A DNA stretch of 12,639 nt from Methanothermococcus sp. SCGC AD-155-E23 (GTDB lineage Archaea > AGJL01 > Methanococci > Methanococcales > Methanococcaceae): contig JAHEQA010000013.1 in assembly GCA_019561615.1 (NCBI GenBank), positions 12,926 to 25,564 on the forward strand, read 5' to 3'. Both the position numbers and the translations under genes were made by a program. Each line of letters starts with the position of its first letter. The first letter of the stretch is position 1. Below are positions 1-8,746 of this stretch, piece after piece. A model generated the notes under the pieces. The model had not been told where the DNA came from, did not search any database, and worked only from the letters and a program-made list of their open reading frames with translations.

Positions 1-207
1 TTCCACCTCTATACCCCTCTCCTCAAAGAGTTTTTTCCTCTCTGGAATAGCTGCATATAGTTTATACCCCTTCTCCACAGCTAACCTTGCTTCAAAGTCT
101 GGCTTTGTCTTGGTAACCCCTAGTACCTCCATATCCTTCTGCTTTGCAACGGCATCTGCCACCCTCTTACCTATGGATCCATACCCATTTATTAGAACCT
201 TTACCAT
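1..207 (-). CDS. gap: Archaeal (type II) phosphorylating glyceraldehyde-3-phosphate dehydrogenase, N-terminal 69 codons; continues off the left edge
   Basis: Not in the ORF track. Manual translation from ATG 207: [69 protein letters not shown]. Contains the [14 protein letters not shown] Rossmann signature of archaeal GAPDH. SD GGAGGGG upstream. Confidence 0.95.
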   Translation of the reverse strand, partial: MVKVLINGYGSIGKRVADAVAKQKDMEVLGVTKTKPDFEARLAVEKGYKLYAAIPERKKLFEERGIEVE

Positions 208-293
208 GTTCTACCCCTCCAATTTTTAACGTCCATATTTATAAGAAAGAAAAGATATAAAACATTATGGTTATGAGGATCTAAGGTGGGAAT
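208..293. promoter_or_regulatory. Divergent promoter region for gap and pdxS
   Basis: 86-bp AT-rich gap between divergent starts. TATA-like boxes: TTATAAATA on the - strand (~236-244) and purine-rich BRE-like AAAAG plus ATATAAA on the + strand (~250-261). SD AGGTGG before pdxS. Confidence 0.55.
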
Positions 294-1190
294 ATGAGAA
301 AGGTAGGTACTGAGGTCCTAAAGAGAGGATTTGCAAAGATGATGAAGTACGGAGTTATAATGGATGTTACAAATGTTGAACAGGCACAGATTGCCGAGGA
401 TGCAGGGGCTACTGCAGTAATGGCTCTAGAGAGGGTACCTGCTGATATCAGGGCCCAGGGGGGAGTTGCAAGGATGTCAGATCCCCAGTTGATCCTTGAT
501 ATTAAAGATGCTGTCTCCATCCCTGTAATGGCCAAGGTAAGGATAGGACACTTTGTAGAGGCCCAGGTCTTAGAGGCAATAGGTGTGGATATGATAGATG
601 AGAGTGAGGTACTTACCCCTGCAGACGATGTACATCACATAGACAAGAAGAGATTTATAGTACCCTTTGTATGTGGGGCAAGGGATTTGGGGGAGGCCCT
701 TAGGAGGATAGAGGAAGGGGCAGCCATGATTAGAACTAAGGGTGAGGCTGGAACTGGTAACGTTGTAGAGGCTGTGAGACATGTAAGAGCTGTAAATGAG
801 GGAATAGCTAGAATAGTTGGATACTACGAGATGGGATTAGATAGAGAACTACTACAGATGGCTAGAGATCTAAGGGTTCCTGTAGATCTCCTCTACGAGG
901 TGGCAAAGTTGAAGAGACTACCTGTGGTAAATTTCGCTGCAGGAGGTATTGCCACACCTGCAGATGCTGCCATGATGATGCAGTTGGGATGTGATGGAAT
1001 ATTTGTAGGTTCAGGTATCTTCAAGTCTGAGAATCCAGAGGAGAGAGCTAGGGCTATCGTTGAGGCAACATTCAACTACGATAGACCTGAGGTTATAGCA
1101 GAGGTTAGTAAAAACCTTGGAGAACCTATGAGGGGTATAGATATAGAGAGTCTACCTGAGAAGGAGCGACTTTCAAGAAGAGGGAATTAA
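294..1190 (+). CDS. pdxS: Pyridoxal 5'-phosphate synthase, lyase subunit PdxS
   Basis: 298 aa with hallmark motifs [67 protein letters not shown] and FVGSGIFKS. Confidence 0.98.
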   Translation: MRKVGTEVLKRGFAKMMKYGVIMDVTNVEQAQIAEDAGATAVMALERVPADIRAQGGVARMSDPQLILDIKDAVSIPVMAKVRIGHFVEAQVLEAIGVDMIDESEVLTPADDVHHIDKKRFIVPFVCGARDLGEALRRIEEGAAMIRTKGEAGTGNVVEAVRHVRAVNEGIARIVGYYEMGLDRELLQMARDLRVPVDLLYEVAKLKRLPVVNFAAGGIATPADAAMMMQLGCDGIFVGSGIFKSENPEERARAIVEATFNYDRPEVIAEVSKNLGEPMRGIDIESLPEKERLSRRGN

Positions 1191-1211
1191 AAAATTTATT
1201 AAGGGGATAAT

Positions 1212-1499
1212 ATGCCAGTTGCAGAGGTTAGTATAGTACCTATTGGAGAAGGTCCAAGTATCTCAAAGTATGTAAAAAAGGCTATAGAGGTTTTTAAGAA
1301 GTACAACTTGAAGGTTGTACCTGGTGCCATGGGCACTGTACTTGAGGGAGATCTAGATGAGATATTAAGGGCCTATAAAGAGGCCCATGAAAGTGTACTT
1401 AAGGATGCTGTAAGGGTACTAAGTACTTTAAAAATAGATGACAGAAGGGATAAGGAGAATACTATAGAGAGGAAGTTAAAAGCTATAGGTTGTAATTAG
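1212..1499 (+). CDS. MTH1187/YkoF-like (UPF0045) thiamine-binding family protein
   Basis: 95 aa matching the family pattern: AEVSIVPIG, S.SKYV, GAMGTVLEGDLDE, H, RV...LKIDDRRDK. SD AGGGGA; 21 bp downstream of pdxS. Confidence 0.9.
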   Translation: MPVAEVSIVPIGEGPSISKYVKKAIEVFKKYNLKVVPGAMGTVLEGDLDEILRAYKEAHESVLKDAVRVLSTLKIDDRRDKENTIERKLKAIGCN

Positions 1500-2392
1500 A
1501 GGGCGTCTCTCAGTATACCGTCGTACACCAGTACTGCATCTCCTTTTAAATAGGCTCCATCCTCCCCAATCTCCACCTCTAGATCCCCTCCATCTAAATG
1601 GACCACTACCCTTTTTCCAGTTTTTCCTAACTTATGAGCTAGGATTGCTGAAGCTGTTGCACCAGTTCCACAGGCCCTTGTATATCCCACTCCCCTCTCC
1701 CAACTTACCATCCTGATCTCATTCCTTCCCAGAGTCTCTACAAAGTGAACATTTATCCTCTCAGGGAATACTTTATGGTTCTCTATTTCCCTTCCCAACA
1801 CCTCCAAGTTCCTCCTTACAAAGTCCATGTCTATGTTGTTGTCCTCAAGGAATACAATGGCATGGGGGTTACCAACATTTACCACACTTAATTTAATCCT
1901 ATCCAGGACACCACTGTCTAAGTGTAGATACTCATTTAAGAATACATCATCCTCCCTCTTCCCCTCCACCACCATAGGTATATCCCTTAGTTGAAATCTG
2001 GGTTTACCCATGTAAACCCTTATAGATTTTACAGTATCCCCCTCCACCTCCATCTCACATACCCTTAACCCCCCCAAGGTCTCCACATAGAGTGGATTCT
2101 TCTTCAACACCCTCTCATAGACGTACTTTGAGAAACACCTTATTCCATTTCCACACATCTCAGCCTCTGATCCATCACTGTTGAATATCCTAAATTTCAC
2201 ATCACACCTTCTATCCTCTGGTCTCTGTATAAAGATTACCCCATCTGCACCTACGGAGAACCCCCTCCTACATACCCTTCTAGAGAACTCCCCCTTGAAA
2301 TCCTCCTCAACCTTTATACCCTGATACTCGTCTATTACTATGTAGTCGTTTCCTAGGCTATGCATCTTTGCAAATTTAATATTCTCCATCAT
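1496..2392 (-). CDS. dapF: Diaminopimelate epimerase
   Basis: Motifs KMHSLGNDY, GADGVI, FNSDGSEAEMCGNGIRC, VGNPH and ERGVGYTRACGTGA; both catalytic Cys present. Start may be the second ATG (2389). Stop overlaps the convergent gene by 4 bp. Confidence 0.97.
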   Translation of the reverse strand: MMENIKFAKMHSLGNDYIVIDEYQGIKVEEDFKGEFSRRVCRRGFSVGADGVIFIQRPEDRRCDVKFRIFNSDGSEAEMCGNGIRCFSKYVYERVLKKNPLYVETLGGLRVCEMEVEGDTVKSIRVYMGKPRFQLRDIPMVVEGKREDDVFLNEYLHLDSGVLDRIKLSVVNVGNPHAIVFLEDNNIDMDFVRRNLEVLGREIENHKVFPERINVHFVETLGRNEIRMVSWERGVGYTRACGTGATASAILAHKLGKTGKRVVVHLDGGDLEVEIGEDGAYLKGDAVLVYDGILRDAL

Positions 2393-2393
2393 G

Positions 2394-3746
2394 TTATCCC
2401 CTGTACATCAACTGTCTCATAATCTTTCCAATAGGTCCTCCCATCTTTAACATCTTACCTCTCTTCAGGTTTTGGAATGCACTTTTAGTAGTGGTGTAGT
2501 ACCTTAGAAGTTCCTTTACATCCTCCTCTCTAACTCCAGCACCCCTTGCTATTCTCCTTATCCTCGAGGATTTAATAATCTCTGGGTTTTCCCTCTCCTC
2601 CTTAGTCATGGAATCCATTATAACCTTGTACTTTTTTAACTTCTGCTCCGTAAGGTGTATGGCCTCCTTAGGTATAGCCCCTCCAAAACCTGGTATCATA
2701 CTTAAGATCTGCTTCATAGGACCCATCTTAGATATGGCCTCAAGTTGAGAGTACAACTCATTTAAAGTAAATTTCCCCCTCATTATAGCATCTAAACTCT
2801 CCTCTGTCTCCTCATCTATTATATCCTCAGTCTTCTTCAGGAGGGTATCTAGGTCTCCCATACCTAGGAGTCTTGAGACGAACTTCTTTGGATCAAAGGG
2901 TTCTAAGTCCTCTATCCCCTCCCCTGTACCTATAAACTTTATAGGTGCCTTTATCTCAGCTACGGCACTTAGGGCACCTCCTCCCTTTGCAGATCCATCT
3001 AACTTGGTAACTATTATACTACCGATATCCCCAACAGCTTCCTTAAAGGCCTTTGCCTGACTTTTAGCCTGCTGCCCCAAGGTACCATCTATTACAAGTA
3101 TTATCTCATCTGGATTGGCAACCTCTTTTATCTCCTTCATCTCCTTTAACAACTCCTTCTCCTCCTTATGCCTCCCTGCAGTATCTATTATCACCACATC
3201 TACATTCTTTAAACGTTCCAAACCCTCTTTGACGACCTCCACAGGTGTCTTCTCTCCAGACTCCACTCCATACACAGGTACATGTATCCTCTCTGCCAGC
3301 TGTTTCAACTGCTGATAGGCCGCAGGCCTGTAGGTATCTGCCGCTATTAAACCAGGCCTCAAACCTATCTTCTGTAAATACCTGGCTAATTTGGCGGCAG
3401 TGGTGGTTTTACCACTACCCTGAATACCCACTAAGAGTATAACGTTTCTTTTTTTAGGATCTATCTTTAACTTCTCTCCCTCCTCACCAAGTAACTTTAT
3501 CAACTCCTCGTATACTATCTTAATGATATGCTCCTTCTTTGAGAGTCCCTTAGGCACCTCCTCGTATATAGCCCTCCTCTCTATCTCCTTACTCATCTTC
3601 AGTACCAACCTAACATTTACATCTGCCTGTATCAACGCCTTCTGAATATCCTTTATAACCTCCTTTACAAGTTTCTTATCTACAAAGGTGGCATTCTTGA
3701 TCTTGTTGAGAGCCCTGGTTATGCTCTCTCCCAACTTCTCCAACAT
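2394..3746 (-). CDS. srp54: Signal recognition particle 54 kDa protein
   Basis: GTPase motifs [22 protein letters not shown] and [11 protein letters not shown], followed by a Met-rich M domain ([11 protein letters not shown]). Start revised from 3779 to ATG 3746 (MLEKLGES, 450 aa), which has SD AAGGTGA and removes the overlap with ubiX. Confidence 0.98.
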   Translation of the reverse strand: MLEKLGESITRALNKIKNATFVDKKLVKEVIKDIQKALIQADVNVRLVLKMSKEIERRAIYEEVPKGLSKKEHIIKIVYEELIKLLGEEGEKLKIDPKKRNVILLVGIQGSGKTTTAAKLARYLQKIGLRPGLIAADTYRPAAYQQLKQLAERIHVPVYGVESGEKTPVEVVKEGLERLKNVDVVIIDTAGRHKEEKELLKEMKEIKEVANPDEIILVIDGTLGQQAKSQAKAFKEAVGDIGSIIVTKLDGSAKGGGALSAVAEIKAPIKFIGTGEGIEDLEPFDPKKFVSRLLGMGDLDTLLKKTEDIIDEETEESLDAIMRGKFTLNELYSQLEAISKMGPMKQILSMIPGFGGAIPKEAIHLTEQKLKKYKVIMDSMTKEERENPEIIKSSRIRRIARGAGVREEDVKELLRYYTTTKSAFQNLKRGKMLKMGGPIGKIMRQLMYRG

Positions 3747-3763
3747 ATCTTTCACCTTAATAT

Positions 3764-4321
3764 TTAGATATCTCCCCATCTTTTAAATAGGTCGTTGGAA
3801 ATACCCAGGTTGTCAAGTACCCTTCCAACGACGAAATCCACTATATCCTCCACCCTCCTAGGTTTGCTGTAGAATGCAGGGATAGGGGGCATGATAACAA
3901 CTCCCAACCTAGAGAGTTTCAACATATTCTCCAAGTGTATGGCACTTAGAGGCATCTCCCTGGGCATCAGTATTAACTTCCTCCTCTCTTTAATTGCCAC
4001 GTCACATACCCTACATATTAGGTTGTTGCTGTATCCATGTGCCACTGCAGCCAGGGTCTTCATGGAACAGGGTACAACCACTACACTGTGAAACCCATGG
4101 GAGCCAGAGGCCAGGGGTGAGAAGAAGTCGTCATTTTCATAGTACTCGTAGGATAGATCTATAAGGTAGTCAAGGCCCACATCTAACTCCTGCTCTATAA
4201 CCCTCTTGGCAGATTCAGAAACGATAAGGGACGTCTTTACACCCTTATCTTTAAGTACCTCCAAGAGTCTCTTTGCATAACATACACCACTTGCACCTGT
4301 GACACATACAACTACCTTCAT
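3764..4321 (-). CDS. ubiX: Flavin prenyltransferase UbiX (prFMN synthesis)
   Basis: 185 aa; motifs [46 protein letters not shown] and PP.PAFY. Confidence 0.95.
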   Translation of the reverse strand: MKVVVCVTGASGVCYAKRLLEVLKDKGVKTSLIVSESAKRVIEQELDVGLDYLIDLSYEYYENDDFFSPLASGSHGFHSVVVVPCSMKTLAAVAHGYSNNLICRVCDVAIKERRKLILMPREMPLSAIHLENMLKLSRLGVVIMPPIPAFYSKPRRVEDIVDFVVGRVLDNLGISNDLFKRWGDI

Positions 4322-4332
4322 ACTCTCCCAGT

Positions 4333-5220
4333 TTAACCCTCTAAAAACCTCCAGAGGGATCTAACTGCACTGGGGTTGCTAAGCTTCTTACCCTTTACCA
4401 GGTATAGATATCTCGTTAGGTCCAGATCCTCTACAGGTACTATCTTCACCAGCCCCGCCTCTACAGCTCTCCTAGCAGGTATCTCAGAGATAATACTTAC
4501 TCCACTGCCCTCAGAGACTGCAGTTATTATGGAGGAGTTACTTCCAAGTCTCATAACTACGTTAAGGTCCATCATGGAGTATCCCTTCTCGTTGAGGGCC
4601 CTGATAAGTACCTCCCTTGTACCAGAACCCTCCTCTCTATCTATGTAGTCCTCCTTCATGATATGGGAGAGGGTTGCCCTACCTACCTTAGCCAGTCTAT
4701 GATTTGGAGGTACAATAAGTACTAGACGGTCCTTCCCTATTATCAGGTGCTCATAATCCCTGTTATAGAGGTAACCAACTGCAGCAATATCAACTGTACC
4801 CCTCTCCAGTAGCTCAAAACACCTCTTAGAGTTGGTTATCTCCACCTGGAAGTCAACATCCCTGTACTCCCTCTTGTACTCCTTTATTATCCCTGGTAAA
4901 ATATGCTCCCCAGGGGTTGTACTTGCAGAGATTTTAACAGTTCCCTGTGGGTACTTGTTAAGGGATTTAATACGCTGCCTTGTAGACTCAATTATCTCCA
5001 GTATCTTTTTGGCACTTTCATAGAGGATCTTACCCTCTGGGGTTAACTCCACACCCTCAGGGGTTCTTATAAATAACTGGGTGTCAAAGTACCTCTCCAG
5101 GGCTGAGATGTGATTACTTACAGTACCCTGGGTAATACCAAGTTCCCTGGCAGCCTTGGAGAAGCTTTTTGTTGTGGCGGTAATGAGGAAGGTCTTAAAG
5201 TAACTTATCTTGGGATCCAT
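4333..5220 (-). CDS. LysR-family transcriptional regulator, probably the HrsM-like (selenium-metabolism-associated) type
   Basis: N-terminal HTH SFSKAARELGITQGTVSNHISALE..FDTQLFIR. Effector domain has ASTTPGEHILP and REEGSGTR (CysL/HrsM-like). LysR regulators are rare in archaea and HrsM is the characterised Methanococcus member; orthology is inferred. SD GGTGA. Confidence 0.9.
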   Translation of the reverse strand: MDPKISYFKTFLITATTKSFSKAARELGITQGTVSNHISALERYFDTQLFIRTPEGVELTPEGKILYESAKKILEIIESTRQRIKSLNKYPQGTVKISASTTPGEHILPGIIKEYKREYRDVDFQVEITNSKRCFELLERGTVDIAAVGYLYNRDYEHLIIGKDRLVLIVPPNHRLAKVGRATLSHIMKEDYIDREEGSGTREVLIRALNEKGYSMMDLNVVMRLGSNSSIITAVSEGSGVSIISEIPARRAVEAGLVKIVPVEDLDLTRYLYLVKGKKLSNPSAVRSLWRFLEG

Positions 5221-5301
5221 AATTTCACCATAGTCCCTATCTCCATAAGTATATAAGAGATTATTTGTAAAATTTTTAAGATTATGATAAAAAGGTGAAA
5301 A
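5221..5301. promoter_or_regulatory. Divergent promoter region for the lysR operon and the radical SAM gene
   Basis: 81-bp AT-rich gap. TTATATA on the - strand at 5250-5256; TTTTTAAG on the + strand at ~5273-5280. GGTGA SD on each side. Confidence 0.5.
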
Positions 5302-6372
5302 GTGAAAGGGATGTTCTGGGACAGTAACTTTAGAGAGATACTAAGTTGGTACTATAGGGTAATGGATAACAGGGCCCCTGCAAAGTTCATCATATGTAGA
5401 AGGATAGAAGGTGAGGATCCTACCAAGCTAGACATGGAAAATCTCTGGGACCTTCACAGGAAGCTCTCCAAGGACTTCGACAGGGTATTCAGGGATATTA
5501 AAAGTGAAAGGATGGAGATAGAGGACCTTCCCACTCCAAGGTTTAACTTCCTAGATCTCAAGGTTGAGATAGCAAAGAACATATTTAGAAGGTGTCACTT
5601 CTGTGAGAGGAGATGTGAGGTAGATAGGAGGATGGTGGAGGGGGACTGTAAGGTAGATTTTACCTATGTCCACAGCTGGTTTCACCACCATGGAGAGGAG
5701 CCTCCACTGGTGCCCAGTGGTACCATATTTTACGGGGGCTGCAACTTCCACTGTGTATTCTGTCAGAACTACGACATAAGCCAGGAGTATCCTAAGGAGG
5801 GTGTTAGGGTAAGTAGTAGGGAGTTGGCACTGATAGAGAAGAAGTTGAGGATAGAGGGGGCTAGAAATATAAACCATGTAGGGGGAGATCCCATCCCAAG
5901 TACATATGTAATCCTGGAGAGTTTCAAGTACTTGGATGTAAATGTACCTCAACTTTGGAACAGTAACATGTACTGTAGTGTAGAGACCATGGCCCTACTT
6001 AGGGAGGTAATAGACATCTGGCTACCTGACTTTAAATACGGTAGTAATACCTGTGCCAGGAGGTTAAGTTTAGTGGAGGACTACTGGGAGATAACTACAA
6101 GGAATTTGGAGATGGCCTACAACTCTGGAGATATGATAATTAGACATCTTGTACTTCCAAACCATATAGAGTGTTGCTCAAAACCTGTACTGAGATGGAT
6201 AGGGAAAAACTGTCCAAGGGCCCTGGTAAATATAATGGGACAGTACAGACCTGAGTACCTAGTTGCCAGGTATCCAGAGAGGTGGCCAGATATAAGTAGG
6301 ACACCAACCCCTGAGGAGATGGAGGAGGTGTACAGATACGCTCAGAAACTGGGGATCCTATATATCTACTAG
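5302..6372 (+). CDS. Radical SAM protein, PflX-like (pyruvate formate-lyase activating enzyme-related), function unknown
   Basis: CxxxCxxC motif [14 protein letters not shown]; extra N-terminal Cys cluster [12 protein letters not shown]...C; also [28 protein letters not shown]-like [18 protein letters not shown] and NIMGQYRP. Start is GTG 5302 or ATG 5311. Confidence 0.88.
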   Translation: MKGMFWDSNFREILSWYYRVMDNRAPAKFIICRRIEGEDPTKLDMENLWDLHRKLSKDFDRVFRDIKSERMEIEDLPTPRFNFLDLKVEIAKNIFRRCHFCERRCEVDRRMVEGDCKVDFTYVHSWFHHHGEEPPLVPSGTIFYGGCNFHCVFCQNYDISQEYPKEGVRVSSRELALIEKKLRIEGARNINHVGGDPIPSTYVILESFKYLDVNVPQLWNSNMYCSVETMALLREVIDIWLPDFKYGSNTCARRLSLVEDYWEITTRNLEMAYNSGDMIIRHLVLPNHIECCSKPVLRWIGKNCPRALVNIMGQYRPEYLVARYPERWPDISRTPTPEEMEEVYRYAQKLGILYIY

Positions 6373-7623
6373 AGATGTCTCGTAGAGAACTCCCCTGGCC
6401 ACCGTATAGATAGGTACCCCTTTAACCCTCCAATTCTCAAAGGGTGTAAACTTAGATTTAGATTTAAATTTCTCCCCCTTTATAGTAACCTCCCTCTTTA
6501 AGTCTATAACCGTTAAATTGGCAGTCTTTCCCTCCCTCAATCTGTTATCTATCTGGAATATCTTTGCAGGTCTCTTGGAGATAAGATCCACAAGGCGAAA
6601 GAGTGATATCACCCCCTTATTTACAAGGTCCAACATTAGGGGTAGAAGGGTTTCAACCCCTGGAATACCTGCGGGACACTCCCTTACATCCCTACATTTC
6701 TCCTCGTAGGTATGTGGGGCATGATCCGATGCTACAATATCAACACTTCCATCTATTAAGCCCCTTATAAGTGCCCTGTTGTCCTCCCTACTTCTTAGAG
6801 GAGGATTGAATTTACCTAGTCCCTTTAACTCCTCTGCCATGTCCATATTTAGATAGAGATGGTGAGGTGTAACTTCCAGGGTAACTCCCACATTTTTAAA
6901 TTTTTTCTTTGCCTCCTTTATTAGATACAGCCCCTCCTTTGTAGAGATATGGCAGAAGTGGACATGGGGTTTTCCCCCTAACCTTTCAATCTCCTCTAAA
7001 TTTCTCAGGATCTCCTTTATCCCCTCCACCTCACTTCTCCTATCTCTTATCCTACAGTGATCTATCCAGGAGTTTAGGGGATACCTCTTTTTATTCTCCT
7101 CTATTACCTCCCTGTGTTCAGCGTGGATGGTAAATACCTTGTCCTGATTGAGGATATCCCTTAACTTACTGTAGTCCCTTATGTAGAGGTCTCCAACAGA
7201 TTCAACCATAAATATCTTGTAGGATTTTGCCTCCTCTATTCTGTCTAAGTAGTTACTCTCAGTTACACCGTAGTTAAATTCTATATTCACCTTGCTCTTC
7301 TCCTTCCCCTCCCTGTACTTCCTGTAGAACCTCTCCCTGGTGGTGATAGGGGGGTTGTCATTGGGCATATCTATAACGTAGGTTATACCTCCGTTTATGG
7401 CAGCCTCACTACCTGAGATAAAACCCTCCTTTCTAGTGTCCCTGTATCTAAAATGGACATGGGCATCCATAATTCCTCCAACAACTATCTTCCCCCTTAG
7501 ATCTATTACCCTCTCATTTCCCCTGATATCCTTTTTAATCTCCTTCACAACTCCATCTTCAATAAGTATATCCCCCTCCACAATCCTGTTATCCATTACT
7601 ATCCTACAGTTCTTCAGTATCAT
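6358..7623 (-). CDS. pyrC: Dihydroorotase
   Basis: 421-aa amidohydrolase with DAHVHFR, GG.T...DMPN, HAEH, HFCHIS, EVTPHHL, KFNPPLR, ASDHAPH and GIPGVET. SD AGGTG. 15-bp convergent overlap with the radical SAM gene. Confidence 0.93.
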   Translation of the reverse strand: MILKNCRIVMDNRIVEGDILIEDGVVKEIKKDIRGNERVIDLRGKIVVGGIMDAHVHFRYRDTRKEGFISGSEAAINGGITYVIDMPNDNPPITTRERFYRKYREGKEKSKVNIEFNYGVTESNYLDRIEEAKSYKIFMVESVGDLYIRDYSKLRDILNQDKVFTIHAEHREVIEENKKRYPLNSWIDHCRIRDRRSEVEGIKEILRNLEEIERLGGKPHVHFCHISTKEGLYLIKEAKKKFKNVGVTLEVTPHHLYLNMDMAEELKGLGKFNPPLRSREDNRALIRGLIDGSVDIVASDHAPHTYEEKCRDVRECPAGIPGVETLLPLMLDLVNKGVISLFRLVDLISKRPAKIFQIDNRLREGKTANLTVIDLKREVTIKGEKFKSKSKFTPFENWRVKGVPIYTVARGVLYETSLVDI

Positions 7624-7644
7624 TTATAGCACCTGGATTTATAA

Positions 7645-7668
7645 GTAAAAAAAAGAGTTTAAAAAGTG
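7645..7668 (-). terminator. Oligo-T terminator downstream of the small orphan gene, probably overlapping the pyrC promoter
   Basis: Minus strand after the stop reads CACTTTTTAAACTCTTTTTTTTAC (T5 and T8 tracts). TTTAAA and the nearby TTATAAA are TATA-like. Confidence 0.55.
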
Positions 7669-7926
7669 TTATTCCCAACACATCCTCCTACAGTACCCTC
7701 TTCCAAAACCTAATCTACCCTTCCCTCTGTAGCAGTTGTATGGATAGACTACGTTATCTTGACTGGAGTAGTTTACATATGCTCTGTAACATGGACAGTT
7801 TTTAACACAGGGACACCCTTCATTGACATAAGAATTAACACTCTCTGTATCTTCTGTCCCTATAACAGAGGTTGCAAACACCACTGGGATCAGTACTAGA
7901 GGTAGTAGTATCCATTTTTTGTCCAT
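7669..7926 (-). CDS. Small hypothetical exported/membrane-anchored Cys-rich protein
   Basis: 85 aa filling an otherwise empty gap. ATG with SD GAGGG 6 nt upstream; signal-peptide-like MDKKWILLPLVLIPVVFA; 7 Cys; downstream T-tract. Confidence 0.7.
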   Translation of the reverse strand: MDKKWILLPLVLIPVVFATSVIGTEDTESVNSYVNEGCPCVKNCPCYRAYVNYSSQDNVVYPYNCYRGKGRLGFGRGYCRRMCWE

Positions 7927-7932
7927 AATTTT

Positions 7933-7997
7933 CCCTCAGTATTTTGTAGCAGAAATACAAGGGTAGGATAACGTTCACCTCCTATATACAATTTTTG
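7933..7997 (-). promoter_or_regulatory. Putative BRE/TATA promoter, palindrome and 5' leader hairpin of the orphan gene
   Basis: Minus strand: CAAAAAT-TGTATATA (7997-7983), then imperfect palindrome AGGTGAACGTTATCCT (7980-7965), then stem-loop CCCTTGTATTT-CTGCTACA-AAATACTGAGGG (7963-7933). Confidence 0.45.
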
Positions 7998-8002
7998 ATA
8001 CC

Positions 8003-8734
8003 TTATAACAGGCCTAGGTACTTATGTATCTGGGGGGTGCACATTACCCTATCCCCTAGATGTCTCCCACAGAGTTCCATTATCTCCAAAAGTTTCCCCT
8101 GGGGAACAGGCCTAATACCCCCTATAGGAGTTACAGGTTGAATACAGAGGGTGATATCCCCTATATCTGCCATATCCTTTGCAACACCTTCAACAACCCC
8201 TGGATTACTATTCTCCATAACAACAACCTTGGCGTATACATCCACCCCCATACTGTAGAGTTTTTCAATAGACTTCAACTCCAAGGAGTATATCCTCCTG
8301 TACTCCTTTTCCCCTAGATCCCTGAAGTGCTCAGGTAACTTTATATCGATAGAGGCGTAATCGAAGAAGAACAACCTCTCTGGGTATATACCGTTACTCT
8401 CAAGGTGTGTCCTATACCCTAAATCCCTTAACTCCTCTGAGTACTCCCTTATTTTCTTATGGTGAAGTAGGGGCTCTCCACCTGTAAAGGATACTGCAAA
8501 GAGATCTGGGGTCTTCAACCTATTTACTATCTCTACAAGGTCCCTCTCTATACAGGAGTACTCCTGAAATTCACCACTACCTGGTTTCCTCTCAACCCTG
8601 GAGGGCATATCCTCCTTTATACTCTCGTCACAGTATACACATCGAAGTGGACAGCCCCTAAACCTTATAAAGATATACCTCCTTCCTATGTACTTTCCCT
8701 CCCCCATTATAGAGGAGAACACCTCACTTATCAA
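8003..8734 (-). CDS. queE: 7-carboxy-7-deazaguanine synthase QueE (radical SAM; preQ0/archaeosine pathway)
   Basis: Motifs ISEVFSSIMGEGKYIG, FIRF.GCPLRCVYCD, SFTGGEPLL, LESNG, IQPVT and C-terminal PQIHKYL. TTG start with SD AGGTGA. Confidence 0.9.
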   Translation of the reverse strand: MISEVFSSIMGEGKYIGRRYIFIRFRGCPLRCVYCDESIKEDMPSRVERKPGSGEFQEYSCIERDLVEIVNRLKTPDLFAVSFTGGEPLLHHKKIREYSEELRDLGYRTHLESNGIYPERLFFFDYASIDIKLPEHFRDLGEKEYRRIYSLELKSIEKLYSMGVDVYAKVVVMENSNPGVVEGVAKDMADIGDITLCIQPVTPIGGIRPVPQGKLLEIMELCGRHLGDRVMCTPQIHKYLGLL

Positions 8735-8746
8735 GGGATCACCTGT

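Noticed and set aside
281-1075. Antisense ORFs 281-535, 570-782 and 893-1075
   Set aside because: Shadow frames of the well-supported pdxS, with no recognisable motifs.
3747-3779. N-terminal extensions in the ORF track for srp54 (also archease 9167-9190 and mvp 11406-11444)
   Set aside because: They overlap upstream genes; downstream ATGs have SD sites and match family N-termini.
3115-5023. Plus-strand ORFs 3115-3315, 3245-3442, 3891-4091, 4376-4648 and 4832-5023
   Set aside because: Ser/Phe/Leu-rich antisense shadows of srp54, ubiX and lysR.
5221-5301. A specific LysR T-N11-A box
   Set aside because: The motif is too degenerate to call in such AT-rich DNA.
7835-7978. Alternative 47-codon minus-strand ORF (GTG start; VNVILPLYFCYK...CNLCYRDRRYREC) overlapping the orphan gene
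   Set aside because: Its GTG lies within the SD-like sequence and upstream of the likely TSS. The 85-aa frame has a proper SD and a signal peptide.
7927-8002. Possible fluoride riboswitch or archaeal SECIS in the queE-orphan intergenic region
   Set aside because: Only fragmentary resemblance (GTTCACC, TCCTAC), on opposite strands. No GAA/A bulge followed by G-C pairs, and no adjacent gene with an in-frame UGA.
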